From Candidatus Lokiarchaeum ossiferum (GTDB lineage: Archaea > Asgardarchaeota > Lokiarchaeia > Sigyniarchaeales > Promethearchaeaceae), in the NCBI GenBank assembly GCA_025839675.1, contig CP104013.1, positions 5,850,001-5,882,000 on the forward strand: 32,000 nt of DNA, in the 5' to 3' direction. The notes below the pieces were generated by a model. It ran no database searches. It saw nothing but the letters and a program-made list of their open reading frames with translations, and had not been told where the DNA came from. The stretch's first letter is position 1. The number at the start of each line of letters is the position of its first letter. Position numbers and translations under genes: made by a program. This document shows positions 16,009-25,007 of this stretch, in pieces.

Positions 16009-16953
16009 ATGGAAATTCTTGGAAAATATGGAAAGGATGATTTAGCAATATTATACGTTGCGAAAATTAATGGAAAAGTGGTTGAATTTGTGGAATCCAT
16101 TCAGCCACCTTTATCACGGGAAGAAAAGTGGGTTTTGATCATATCCACTCTCTATGGGTGCCCGATGCAATGTTTAATGTGTGATGCTGGAGAATATTAT
16201 CAAGGTAAGGTTTCAAAAGATGCAATGCTTGCCCAAATTGAGCATATGGTGCTTCCTCGATTTCCTGATAGAAGTATTCCAATACCAAAATTGAAAATTC
16301 AATTTGCTCGAATGGGTGAACCTTCATTAAATTCTGATGTTTTAAAATTCTTAAAAGAATTACCTGTCACATATGATGTTCCGGGGTTAATTCCATGTAT
16401 CAGTACTGTTGCCCCTAAGGGAACCGAAGCTTTCTTTGAGGAACTCTTTGAAATTAAAAATTCGCTTTATGCCAATGGTTTTTTTCAATTGCAATTCTCC
16501 ATTCATTCTACCGATGTCGAAGAACGTCGAAAGTGGATTCCAAAATCCATTTGGAATTTTGAACAGATTGCTCAATTTGGAAAAAAATGGTTACTCCCAG
16601 GAGATCGCAAGATCACACTCAATTTTGCGGTGGGAGAAACTTCTATTATTGATCCACAAGTTATTCGGAAATATTTTGATCCCTCCCAATTTTTCATCAA
16701 ACTAACTCCGGTTAATCCGACGTACAATGCCGTGCGAAATAACTTGAAAAGTGGCATCAAAGAATCCAATTCTCATGACTTTCAGCTTGCGAAAGATTTT
16801 CGTGATTTAGGATATGAAACCTTAGTGAGCATCGGAGAATGGGAAGAAAATCAAATTGGGTCTAACTGTGGGCAATTTGCAACTCAATTTCTGGATGGGG
16901 AAGTAAAACTTAAAGAAACTTATACTTGTCAAGAATATCGTCTAACCTCTTAG
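16009..16953 (+). CDS. Radical SAM enzyme, RlmN/Cfr-like
   Basis: CX3CX2C motif (GCPMQCLMCDAG), FARMGEPSLN (RlmN MGMGEPL.N), QLQFSIHSTDVEERRKWIP (RlmN LAISLHAP.D.LR..i.P), KLTPVNP, and C-terminal SNCGQF (RlmN AACGQL). Confidence 0.7.
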   Translation: MEILGKYGKDDLAILYVAKINGKVVEFVESIQPPLSREEKWVLIISTLYGCPMQCLMCDAGEYYQGKVSKDAMLAQIEHMVLPRFPDRSIPIPKLKIQFARMGEPSLNSDVLKFLKELPVTYDVPGLIPCISTVAPKGTEAFFEELFEIKNSLYANGFFQLQFSIHSTDVEERRKWIPKSIWNFEQIAQFGKKWLLPGDRKITLNFAVGETSIIDPQVIRKYFDPSQFFIKLTPVNPTYNAVRNNLKSGIKESNSHDFQLAKDFRDLGYETLVSIGEWEENQIGSNCGQFATQFLDGEVKLKETYTCQEYRLTS

Positions 16954-17147
16954 TATTTATACCACTATTTTTTTCTAAAAATAATAATAAAAAATGTATC
17001 CAAGACTGTATAATCCCCACTATGGATAAATTTTTTCAGATTTTCTTAATTAAATTCTCAAGAGTGAAATCATATTAATAAAGGTTATTTGTATTATAAT
17101 TAGTAACCATAAGATTCATATGGGTAACTCCGTTGTGAGATAAAGAA

Positions 17148-18719
17148 ATGTCTATTTTAAAGAAGGGTCCAGTTAAAGAATTAGAGAATAATTATCCAGA
17201 TTCACACATTTTAGAAGATTCTTCTGTGGAAAAGCATGATCTTTATAATTTTGAAGCAAAAATGGATTATCAACTTCAGAATATTCCAGTAAATCGATAT
17301 GAATTAGGGTTATACTTTTTTATACCCCGATCCTTACAAATAAATCCAACAAATTATTCAAGAGAAACATTTTATACGGATTTAAACAATTATATGCGGT
17401 TTAAAACACCTCAAATTGCCTTAAGTGGATTAATGAACGAAAAAAATGAACGTTCACCCTTTACCAAAATTAATGCTCATCTTGAAAACATTACCAATGG
17501 ATCGAAAAACCCACATAATTACAAAAAAATAGTAGATGAACTGAAAGTTTTAGGGTGTGTGGTTAATGTCTGTATTCGGGATCAAATTCAGTATTTTATT
17601 GAAAATCCGGAGTCACTTCATAATGAAGAAGAAGATTATCATCATTTAATGGCCTTTCTCGATCAAATTGAATTATTGCAAGAAAAAATGAAAAAATACG
17701 CCCAAGAATTTATTCTTGTTCAAATACCGGGCAATTTACAAGAAGCGTTCCGTTTTTCAGATATTTATATTAGTTCTCAAATAGAAAAACACATTTTAAC
17801 TGCAATTAAGAAATTTCAATCACAACCAAGATTCGATGAAACATGCAAACCTTTGGCCCTTAGACTTGTATCTAACGAGAAAAAACATCGAGAATTAATT
17901 GATAATTCCCTGGAAATTTCTAAAGATTCTTCTAATGAGAAATATTCATATTGGAATGGAATCTTGAAAAAATTTATTCAAAGTATTTTATATTTGGACA
18001 TTCGTCCAAGAGATAAGAAGTCCAAAGCACTTTCTGCACTCTATTCATTTGCAGCTGGAATAGCGATGTTTTTTTCAATACTTTTAGGGTTTTTAATCGT
18101 GGATCATTACGAACAAAAACCGTATGCATACATATCTGCTTTAATTATCGTTTATATTTTGAAAGATAAACTTAAAGATTCCATTCGCAATGCTTCAACC
18201 CGAATTATTGCTAAAGTGTTTCCTGATCGTCGTTTTGAAGTACATGATGGCTTTACGGATAATAAAATTGGTACTACTAAGGAAACAGTACGATTTTTAG
18301 AATGGGGGCAAATTCCTGCTGAAATTGTGAATATTCGGGAAGCTACAAATAAAACAACGCTAGAAAGAACTGGGAAACCTGAAATTATCTTGCGGTATGT
18401 GAAGAATGTAATGTTGAAAACCAAATCAATTCAAGAGTATCACTCACGACATGGAGACATTAATGATATTATTAGGTTCAATATCCGTCATTTTCTACAA
18501 TATGCGGATGATTCCGTTCAAAATGAAAATATCTGGGATGAAGACTCCCAAAAAATTATTTCAGTACCTTGTTCAAAAGTTTATCATATCAATGTGATTT
18601 TCAAAATTCGTTCGTTTACCAAATCTGATAAAGAAGGTGCTGTTTATTATAAAAAAGTACGTGTTATCTTAGATCAAAACGGAATAAAGCGCATAATGAC
18701 CTTGGATACTAAAGTATAA
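17148..18719 (+). CDS. Hypothetical protein, 523 aa, with a central two-helix membrane hairpin
   Basis: Long ORF flanked by 194-bp and 423-bp AT-rich non-coding regions. Hydrophobic helices ALSALYSFAAGIAMFFSILLGFLIV and YAYISALIIVYIL. N-terminal ~290 aa look helical and the C-terminal ~180 aa beta-rich. No family recognised. Confidence 0.5.
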   Translation: MSILKKGPVKELENNYPDSHILEDSSVEKHDLYNFEAKMDYQLQNIPVNRYELGLYFFIPRSLQINPTNYSRETFYTDLNNYMRFKTPQIALSGLMNEKNERSPFTKINAHLENITNGSKNPHNYKKIVDELKVLGCVVNVCIRDQIQYFIENPESLHNEEEDYHHLMAFLDQIELLQEKMKKYAQEFILVQIPGNLQEAFRFSDIYISSQIEKHILTAIKKFQSQPRFDETCKPLALRLVSNEKKHRELIDNSLEISKDSSNEKYSYWNGILKKFIQSILYLDIRPRDKKSKALSALYSFAAGIAMFFSILLGFLIVDHYEQKPYAYISALIIVYILKDKLKDSIRNASTRIIAKVFPDRRFEVHDGFTDNKIGTTKETVRFLEWGQIPAEIVNIREATNKTTLERTGKPEIILRYVKNVMLKTKSIQEYHSRHGDINDIIRFNIRHFLQYADDSVQNENIWDEDSQKIISVPCSKVYHINVIFKIRSFTKSDKEGAVYYKKVRVILDQNGIKRIMTLDTKV

Positions 18720-19142
18720 GTCCGAAGATATCCAGATCCTATCCACTGGTGCATAATTTCATTTAATTTGGTTTCATAAATCCATGCAGCATAAAGAAAA
18801 GGTATTTCCTTGTTGTCATTTTTACACTTATTTATCTGTTTTTTAACTTATTCTTTTTATATTGTTAATTTCCTTTGAGAGAAGGATAAATAATCAGTTT
18901 AATCTCCCCCAAATCTAAATATTTGTATTTCATCAAGGTAACTTATAAACCATACGTGTTCTTTTTAAAGAAAAATCCAACATATAAGAAATAAATTAAA
19001 GTTCCTTTGAATGATACCTACAATACTAATCGAAGCTCAAATCTTTAAAAAGAGGGATTTGGATGTAAAATCTTTGATTTTCGAAACAAACAAAAACTTG
19101 TTGATAGTATCAAAGTAGATAAAAAAAAGGAGAATAATAGAT

Positions 19143-19868
19143 ATGGATGATAGTAAAGCAATAGAAGTTAATGATGGGATTTATTGGGTTGGCTTTTCTG
19201 ATGAAAATGCTGGGTTTTCCAACAATCCTTACTTACTAATTGAAGGAGAATCGGTTGTATTATTTGATCCAGGTTCTCGATTACCAGAACATTTTGAAAT
19301 TGTAAAAAAAAAAATTGAATCTGTGATACCGATTGAGAAGATCACTATGATTGTTGTTCATCATCAAGATCCTGATCTTTGTGCTTCAATTCCCTTATTT
19401 GAAGAAATCATTGGGGTAAATAATTTCGAATTAATCGCAACAATGCGTACTTCATTACTTTTACCGTATTATGGAATTCGAACCGAAATCACTACAGTTG
19501 AAGATGGAGATATTCTTGAATTGGATAATGGGAGAGAAATAATGTTTATTACATCCCCTTACTTACATTTTGCTGGTGCTCACGTTTCCTATGACATGAA
19601 AACAAAAACTATGTTTTCAAGTGATATTTTTGCGGCTTTTTCAGCTGATTGGAATTTATACGCAAATGAAAATTATACGGAGGCTATGAGAATATTCCAT
19701 GAGCCATATATTGCTCACAAATCGGCTATTGACAGTTTTGCTAATAAAATTAAAGATATTGAACTTAAAATGATATGCCCACAACATGGATCAGTAATTA
19801 AAGAAGAATCCATTTCGAGGTGTATGGAAGCGTTATTAAGTTTTGAGGTGGGATCATGGCTTATTTAA
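19143..19868 (+). CDS. Metallo-beta-lactamase-fold di-iron domain protein (flavodiiron-core / ODP-like), no flavodoxin domain
   Basis: IYWVG...NPYLLIEGESVVLFDPG, VVHHQDPDLC (FDP H-x-E-x-D-H position), MFSSDIFAAF (FDP lfscDaFG) and ICPQHGSVI (FDP P.HGp.). 241 aa, which is the lactamase-like core only. AAGGAG lies 10 nt upstream of the ATG. Confidence 0.65.
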   Translation: MDDSKAIEVNDGIYWVGFSDENAGFSNNPYLLIEGESVVLFDPGSRLPEHFEIVKKKIESVIPIEKITMIVVHHQDPDLCASIPLFEEIIGVNNFELIATMRTSLLLPYYGIRTEITTVEDGDILELDNGREIMFITSPYLHFAGAHVSYDMKTKTMFSSDIFAAFSADWNLYANENYTEAMRIFHEPYIAHKSAIDSFANKIKDIELKMICPQHGSVIKEESISRCMEALLSFEVGSWLI

Positions 19869-20179
19869 ACGATCAAAAATTGAAGGAATTTGTTGATTTA
19901 CTCGTGCTTCGTGGGTTAGGATTATATGGGCAAGAAAAAATGGCCGAAATCTGCTATAATTCAGGAATCGCTTTAACTGATAAGAATGAAATTGAATGGA
20001 TGGAAGACAACCACACAGTGGTTGTTGAAAACCTGCTAGTAAATTATGGATCCAAAAATCTTCCTGCCAAAATGACAGCGATTGTACTCGCTCGGCAACA
20101 TGCAATTCCAGTCCCTCAGGTTTTACTTGCAAAAAAACGTAATCGCCGCAGAAGTATTTTCAAACGAAGAAAGAGCTAA
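19856..20179 (+). CDS. Hypothetical small protein with a strongly basic C-terminal tail
   Basis: The ATG overlaps the upstream gene's end by 13 nt and shares the orientation of its neighbours. The tail is KKRNRRRSIFKRRKS. A competing antisense ORF was rejected. Confidence 0.4.
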   Translation: MAYLNDQKLKEFVDLLVLRGLGLYGQEKMAEICYNSGIALTDKNEIEWMEDNHTVVVENLLVNYGSKNLPAKMTAIVLARQHAIPVPQVLLAKKRNRRRSIFKRRKS

Positions 20180-20213
20180 TTTTTTTTCAATAAATAACAT
20201 ATAAGGTGAATTA

Positions 20214-21446
20214 ATGAGACAGATAGATAAGGTGATTATCTTTGATAATTTTGGGCTCGCAAAAGTAATGTTTGATTTCAATGAACATAAATTAATTGTG
20301 GATGAAGTTCTTCTTTCTGGATTTCTCAGTGCTATTGATGGTTTATCCCAAAGTATTTTCCAAGGCCAATCTTCTTATTTTATCATTGACAATGGTAATC
20401 AGAAGATCTCTTTATTCAAAAATCGAAATATTGTACTTGCTGCAATATCAAATGAATCCTTAATCGATTTCAAAGATCAGATGCATTCCCTTCTGCAATA
20501 TTTTGAAGAGAAATATGATATTACCCAAGATGAAGTTTTTGATAATGAGTTTTATGAGGAATTTCGAATTAAATTAATTCGAATACTATTTTTCTTGCCT
20601 ATTGCTCAAGATTGGATTCCTGTACTTAAGAATGACATGCCGAAATTGCCTTGGTTTCAACAACAATTTCCTTTGATGGAAAAAATTAATGGAAAAAAAG
20701 AAATCCAGAACTTTGAAAATTATTCAATAGAAATTAAAGAAGAAATTTTTGAAATCTTAAATTATGCATTTTTTGAGGATATTTTAACTTTTAAGAACAT
20801 AATTGAATCTAAAGATTATATTGTTGGCTCAGAAAAACTACAAAATCTATTATTGGGTAAATCCGATGAGTACAAAATATTAAAAAACCAATTTTTTAAC
20901 TTCAATTTGCTTAATATATGTAAAGATGTCCAGAATTATTCACGAATTTTAGATCTGCAAAGTAAATTTGGTGATAATGTAATTAATGTCATAGAAGAAT
21001 TGTACAATCTTGGATATATCACTTTGGTTGGCGATGAGATTCGAAAACTTCTAAACGCAGTTGATTTAATCGAAGATCTAATTATAGCATTTCAAAAAGT
21101 TGGAAGAAAAGGTAAAATTATTCCCGAAATCAAATTTTTTGTGGAAGAATTTGATGAACCGGAGATTATATCACGTTTTCAGTTTGACAAAAATCAAATA
21201 TCTCTCAATAAAGAAAACTTATTTGACATTTCGAACCAATTTCAGTCAACCAAAAAATCTGTCGATCTATGGTTGCACTTTGGAGAATTACTTTTAGATA
21301 AATTTTATTTAAGCTATGAGAAGAAGCTTAACAACATATTTCAAGATTCAATTCTGAATAAATACCTCTCGTGTCTTCATCGAGAAGACATGGCTATCTT
21401 AGATCCATTTTTATCTAAACTCGAAGCCTCATGTTTTGATGAATAA
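20214..21446 (+). CDS. Hypothetical protein with N-terminal longin/roadblock-like domain and helical C-terminal region
   Basis: The first ~100 aa show a beta-beta-alpha-beta-beta-beta-alpha pattern: VIIFDNFG, KVMFDF, LLSGFLSAIDGLSQSIF, YFIIDNGNQKISLFK, NIVLAAIS, FKDQMHSLLQYFEEKY. There is a possible wHTH near NVINVIEELYNLGYITLV. Confidence 0.45.
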   Translation: MRQIDKVIIFDNFGLAKVMFDFNEHKLIVDEVLLSGFLSAIDGLSQSIFQGQSSYFIIDNGNQKISLFKNRNIVLAAISNESLIDFKDQMHSLLQYFEEKYDITQDEVFDNEFYEEFRIKLIRILFFLPIAQDWIPVLKNDMPKLPWFQQQFPLMEKINGKKEIQNFENYSIEIKEEIFEILNYAFFEDILTFKNIIESKDYIVGSEKLQNLLLGKSDEYKILKNQFFNFNLLNICKDVQNYSRILDLQSKFGDNVINVIEELYNLGYITLVGDEIRKLLNAVDLIEDLIIAFQKVGRKGKIIPEIKFFVEEFDEPEIISRFQFDKNQISLNKENLFDISNQFQSTKKSVDLWLHFGELLLDKFYLSYEKKLNNIFQDSILNKYLSCLHREDMAILDPFLSKLEASCFDE

Positions 21447-21656
21447 CCCAATAATTGTTCTTGTAACTTTTTTTATTACCCTTCACTTATTATATTAGGA
21501 AATATTCCGCATAAACTATTTGCGAAAGATGACTTATCTGACCCATCCGATATTTGGAGCGAATTTTACATTTACTCTAAACAAATGACGAAGATCTTGA
21601 GTATCGATTTTTCAAGTGGTTGGAGTATTTCCTTCATAGTAAAAGAGGTAAAATGA

Positions 21657-23948
21657 ATGTCTCGCCGCGTAAAAATGACTGCTGATATTTTAAGACTGAT
21701 GGAAAATCCGCAACAAGTAAGAAACATAGGACTCATTGGACATATAGATCATGGTAAAACCACTCTTTCTGATTCACTTTTAGCGGAAGCCGGTTTACTC
21801 GCCAAATCTCTTGCTGGGGAAGCACGAGTATTGGACTATTTAGAAGAAGAACAGAGGCGAGGAATTACGATGAAATCGGCAAACATCTCTTTAGTCTATG
21901 AACACAGCTTATCTTCAGTAGATCCTTTTTTGATTAATCTTGTAGATACTCCTGGACATTTAGATTTCTCGGGAAAAGTAACTCGAGCCCTTAGAATTGC
22001 TGATGGAGTTGTGGTTATTGTAGACAGTGTGGAAGAAGTTAGTTCGCAAACTGAAACCGTTGTACGACAAGCTCTTCAAGAAGGTCTACGTCCCTTATTA
22101 TTCATAAATAAAATTGATCGCTTATTCAAAGAGTTGAAGTTGGATAGTGATGAAATAAAGAACAAGTTTTCAAGGATCATACAAGATTTTAATAAACTAA
22201 TTTATATGTACGGTGATGCTCTCGCCAAAGATCTTTGGCTCGTGTCGGCTGAAAAAGGGTCGGTGTTATTTGGTTCTGCATTACACAAATGGGGGTTTGT
22301 AATTCCTCAGTTAGTCCAAAATAAACATAATTTTGATTATTTTCAACACGCTTATGATAATGATACTTATCGAGCTCTTCCAAATCAATATCCTGTGTGG
22401 AAATCGGTGCTTGCGGCTGTAGTGCAATTCTTACCCAATCCTGTTGAAGCCCAAAAATACAGAATAAAAACAATTTGGAGTGGGGATTGTGGTACAGATG
22501 TTGGAAAAGCGTTATTAAATTGCGATCCAAAAGGTCCTCTAGTCATAGGGCTAAGCAAGGTACAAAAACTTAAGAATCGCTTGATTGGAACTGGTCGAAT
22601 TTTTTCGGGAACTCTAAAGAGAGGTCAAAGCGTATGGCTAGTGAATGGAAAAGAAAAATCATCGATAAATCAATTAAGTATATTTATGGGTTCTAGGTTA
22701 GAGAGTGTTTCTGAAGTTCCAGCCGGAAATATTGCAGCCATCGGTGGCATTAAAAAAATCCGGAGTGGAGAAACATTATTTGGAGTAAAGGCGAAAGAAG
22801 ATGCGAAACCTTTTGAGACAGTGAAATATGTCAGCGAACCTGTAGTTACTGTAGCAATTGAGCCCGATATGTTAAAAAATCTTAATCAATTACAAGAGAT
22901 TCTTGAGGAAATACAAGTTGAAGATCCTAATATTTCTGTGGAAATCAGTTCGGATTCTGGGGAGTGCCTTTTATCTGGAATGGGTCCTTTACATTTAGAA
23001 ATTGTAGCAAATACCATAAAAGAGCGTGGGGTTGAGGTGGAAGTTTCAAAACCGACCAGTGTTTTTCATGAATCTATCGAAAATATAAGTTCCTATCATG
23101 ACGCAACGAGTCCTAATGGGTTAAACAGTATTCGTATGTTAGTTATGAGGATGGATACTCCAACGGTCGCTTATTTACGGGGAGTTAAATCTCAAATTAT
23201 TGAAAATGATATATTGCGGGAACAAGAATTACCTCAACATACTAGTTTTAGTGTTTATGAATCTCGAGGGTTTTGGAATGTGGATAAATTTCAAAATGTA
23301 ATTATCTCCCGTTTGAAAGAAGATACTGGAATTGAGTATGATGACGAAGATAATGAAGTTTTAGAAAGTAAAACTAAGACATCAAAGAAGAAAAGTCGAA
23401 AAGGTAAATCTAAAAATGATCCTGAAGATAATCGACAAGTTCCCTTGGATATGCGAGGTCAAATAATGGAATCTATACATGGTATTTTATCTCATGGTGT
23501 AATTGCTCAGGAACCGATTTCAGAAGTAAAAATTGTAATTAAAGAAGTCAATTTAGCTAAAAATAGAGAAGATGCGAATTTCTTTGAAATTTCTACTATG
23601 ATTCAGGATGCTTTTATGGCATGCTTGCGAGAAGCACAACCTGTTTTATTGGAGCCCATTTATACTCTGATGATCGCTACTCCTGAAGAGTATATTGGCA
23701 CTGTCACTTCTCTTGTAAATCAGTTTCAAGGAAAAATTTTAGAAATAACTCAGGATGCCTTCAAATCTCATGTAACTGCTAAGATGTCCGTCCGTCAATC
23801 TATCGATTTTGCTCAAGAAATTCGAGGTCAAACGAGTGGCAGAGTATTTTGGCAAAATCTATTTGATAAGTATTCTCCCGTACCTGAACATGAACGTGAA
23901 TCAATCATTCAAGATATTAAATTTAGAAAAGGTTTAGCTTTTTTCTAA
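21657..23948 (+). CDS. Elongation factor 2 family GTPase, divergent paralog (EF-2p-like)
   Basis: Colinear with archaeal EF-2 from the N-terminus (MSRRVKM...VRNIGLIGHIDHGKTTLSDSLL) to the C-terminus (KFRKGL). G3 DTPGH, G4 NKID, YVSEPVVTVAIEP, GMGPLHLEIV. Both domain IV tip loops are diverged and there is a charged insertion (see findings). GAGGT lies upstream of the ATG. Confidence 0.85.
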   Translation: MSRRVKMTADILRLMENPQQVRNIGLIGHIDHGKTTLSDSLLAEAGLLAKSLAGEARVLDYLEEEQRRGITMKSANISLVYEHSLSSVDPFLINLVDTPGHLDFSGKVTRALRIADGVVVIVDSVEEVSSQTETVVRQALQEGLRPLLFINKIDRLFKELKLDSDEIKNKFSRIIQDFNKLIYMYGDALAKDLWLVSAEKGSVLFGSALHKWGFVIPQLVQNKHNFDYFQHAYDNDTYRALPNQYPVWKSVLAAVVQFLPNPVEAQKYRIKTIWSGDCGTDVGKALLNCDPKGPLVIGLSKVQKLKNRLIGTGRIFSGTLKRGQSVWLVNGKEKSSINQLSIFMGSRLESVSEVPAGNIAAIGGIKKIRSGETLFGVKAKEDAKPFETVKYVSEPVVTVAIEPDMLKNLNQLQEILEEIQVEDPNISVEISSDSGECLLSGMGPLHLEIVANTIKERGVEVEVSKPTSVFHESIENISSYHDATSPNGLNSIRMLVMRMDTPTVAYLRGVKSQIIENDILREQELPQHTSFSVYESRGFWNVDKFQNVIISRLKEDTGIEYDDEDNEVLESKTKTSKKKSRKGKSKNDPEDNRQVPLDMRGQIMESIHGILSHGVIAQEPISEVKIVIKEVNLAKNREDANFFEISTMIQDAFMACLREAQPVLLEPIYTLMIATPEEYIGTVTSLVNQFQGKILEITQDAFKSHVTAKMSVRQSIDFAQEIRGQTSGRVFWQNLFDKYSPVPEHERESIIQDIKFRKGLAFF

Positions 23949-23973
23949 TGCCAAACGACTTCCTTTTCTTTTT

Positions 23974-24915
23974 TTATCTTAAAATACGATATTTTTTTTG
24001 AATACGCAATCGTTCAGTTAGGCTTGCGATTATGGGATCATCTCGTTCTTTTTCAGCTTCCAATATCCGTCTTTCTTCGTAGTTTCCCTCATGGAGCAAA
24101 CGATCAATTTGTCTTTTGGGCATTTTGAAGTCCAATTTGCAATAACTATGGGCAAGTTCTGCAGGTGATTTTTCATAATAAATTAGTAATTTTTCTATGT
24201 TTCCCATTTGTTCCCGATTGCTATAGAAATTATTTAATAGATTTTGTCCATAAACCGCCAATTGAAGATGTTTATAGTTTTCTTCTATGGAATTGAGAAT
24301 TGCCATGACATTTTCTTTGGTAATTCCATACAGACTTCGTATTGGATTTTGGTTTAATTTAATAAATGTGTCTGGATTCAGCTTCTTTGGGATTCCTTTT
24401 AAACTAGATAAATTGTTATGATCTAACTGAAGTTCAACTAATTGATCTGGATATTTTGGTAGATCTTCTAATAAATCTAAGTTGTTCGAATTTAGAAATA
24501 AGTGTTTTAATTTCGGGCAGTGTGCAGGAAAATAATCCGTTGATCTTAAGGCATTAAATGAGATATCAATAGATTCTACGTTTGGTAATCTTGGGGATAT
24601 TCCTTTGAGTGTTCTTAATCGATTCTGTTTAAGGTTGAGTTCAATTAATTTTGGCATTTCAGATGGAAATCCTTGTAAATCTGTCAATAAATTTCGAGCA
24701 AAATAGAATCCTTGTAAATTTGGTAGGTATTCTGGTAACCCCTGGAGTGACGTAAATCCTTCTTGCTCCTTTTTTGATCTATATCGTTGAGATCCTTCAA
24801 ATTCTTTTAAGAAAGGCATTTTTTTTGGAAAACCTTTAAAATTTTGGAAGTTGCTTGAACCTAAGTGGATTTCAACTGTTTTCTCATTAAAACTTTGGTG
24901 AGTTTGGTTTTCCAT
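23974..24915 (-). CDS. Leucine-rich repeat protein
   Basis: About 7 repeats of ~22 aa of the form L.G.P..LP.L..L.L..N.L..L (LQGLPEYLPNLQGFYFARNLLTDLQGFPSEMPKLIELNLKQNRLRTLKGI...). Helical C-terminal region. Confidence 0.8.
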   Translation of the reverse strand: MENQTHQSFNEKTVEIHLGSSNFQNFKGFPKKMPFLKEFEGSQRYRSKKEQEGFTSLQGLPEYLPNLQGFYFARNLLTDLQGFPSEMPKLIELNLKQNRLRTLKGISPRLPNVESIDISFNALRSTDYFPAHCPKLKHLFLNSNNLDLLEDLPKYPDQLVELQLDHNNLSSLKGIPKKLNPDTFIKLNQNPIRSLYGITKENVMAILNSIEENYKHLQLAVYGQNLLNNFYSNREQMGNIEKLLIYYEKSPAELAHSYCKLDFKMPKRQIDRLLHEGNYEERRILEAEKERDDPIIASLTERLRIQKKYRILR

Positions 24916-25007
24916 TAAGTATCGTTATGTGTTTAAATACCTAAATTTCTTAGGACTTAAATCAAAACCTTAAAATTATTGTATCTTTAATATGGATTGA
25001 GCATATC

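Noticed and set aside
19854-20132. 92-aa - strand ORF opposite the 107-aa + strand ORF
   Set aside because: All neighbouring genes are on the + strand, and the + ORF start overlaps the upstream stop (coupling). The - product has no features. The choice remains only moderately confident.
23949-23962. 10-mer CCAAACGACT found just after two + strand stops (about 23952 and about 27104)
   Set aside because: A single shared 10-mer in 32 kb of biased-composition DNA is expected many times by chance, and the similarity does not extend further.
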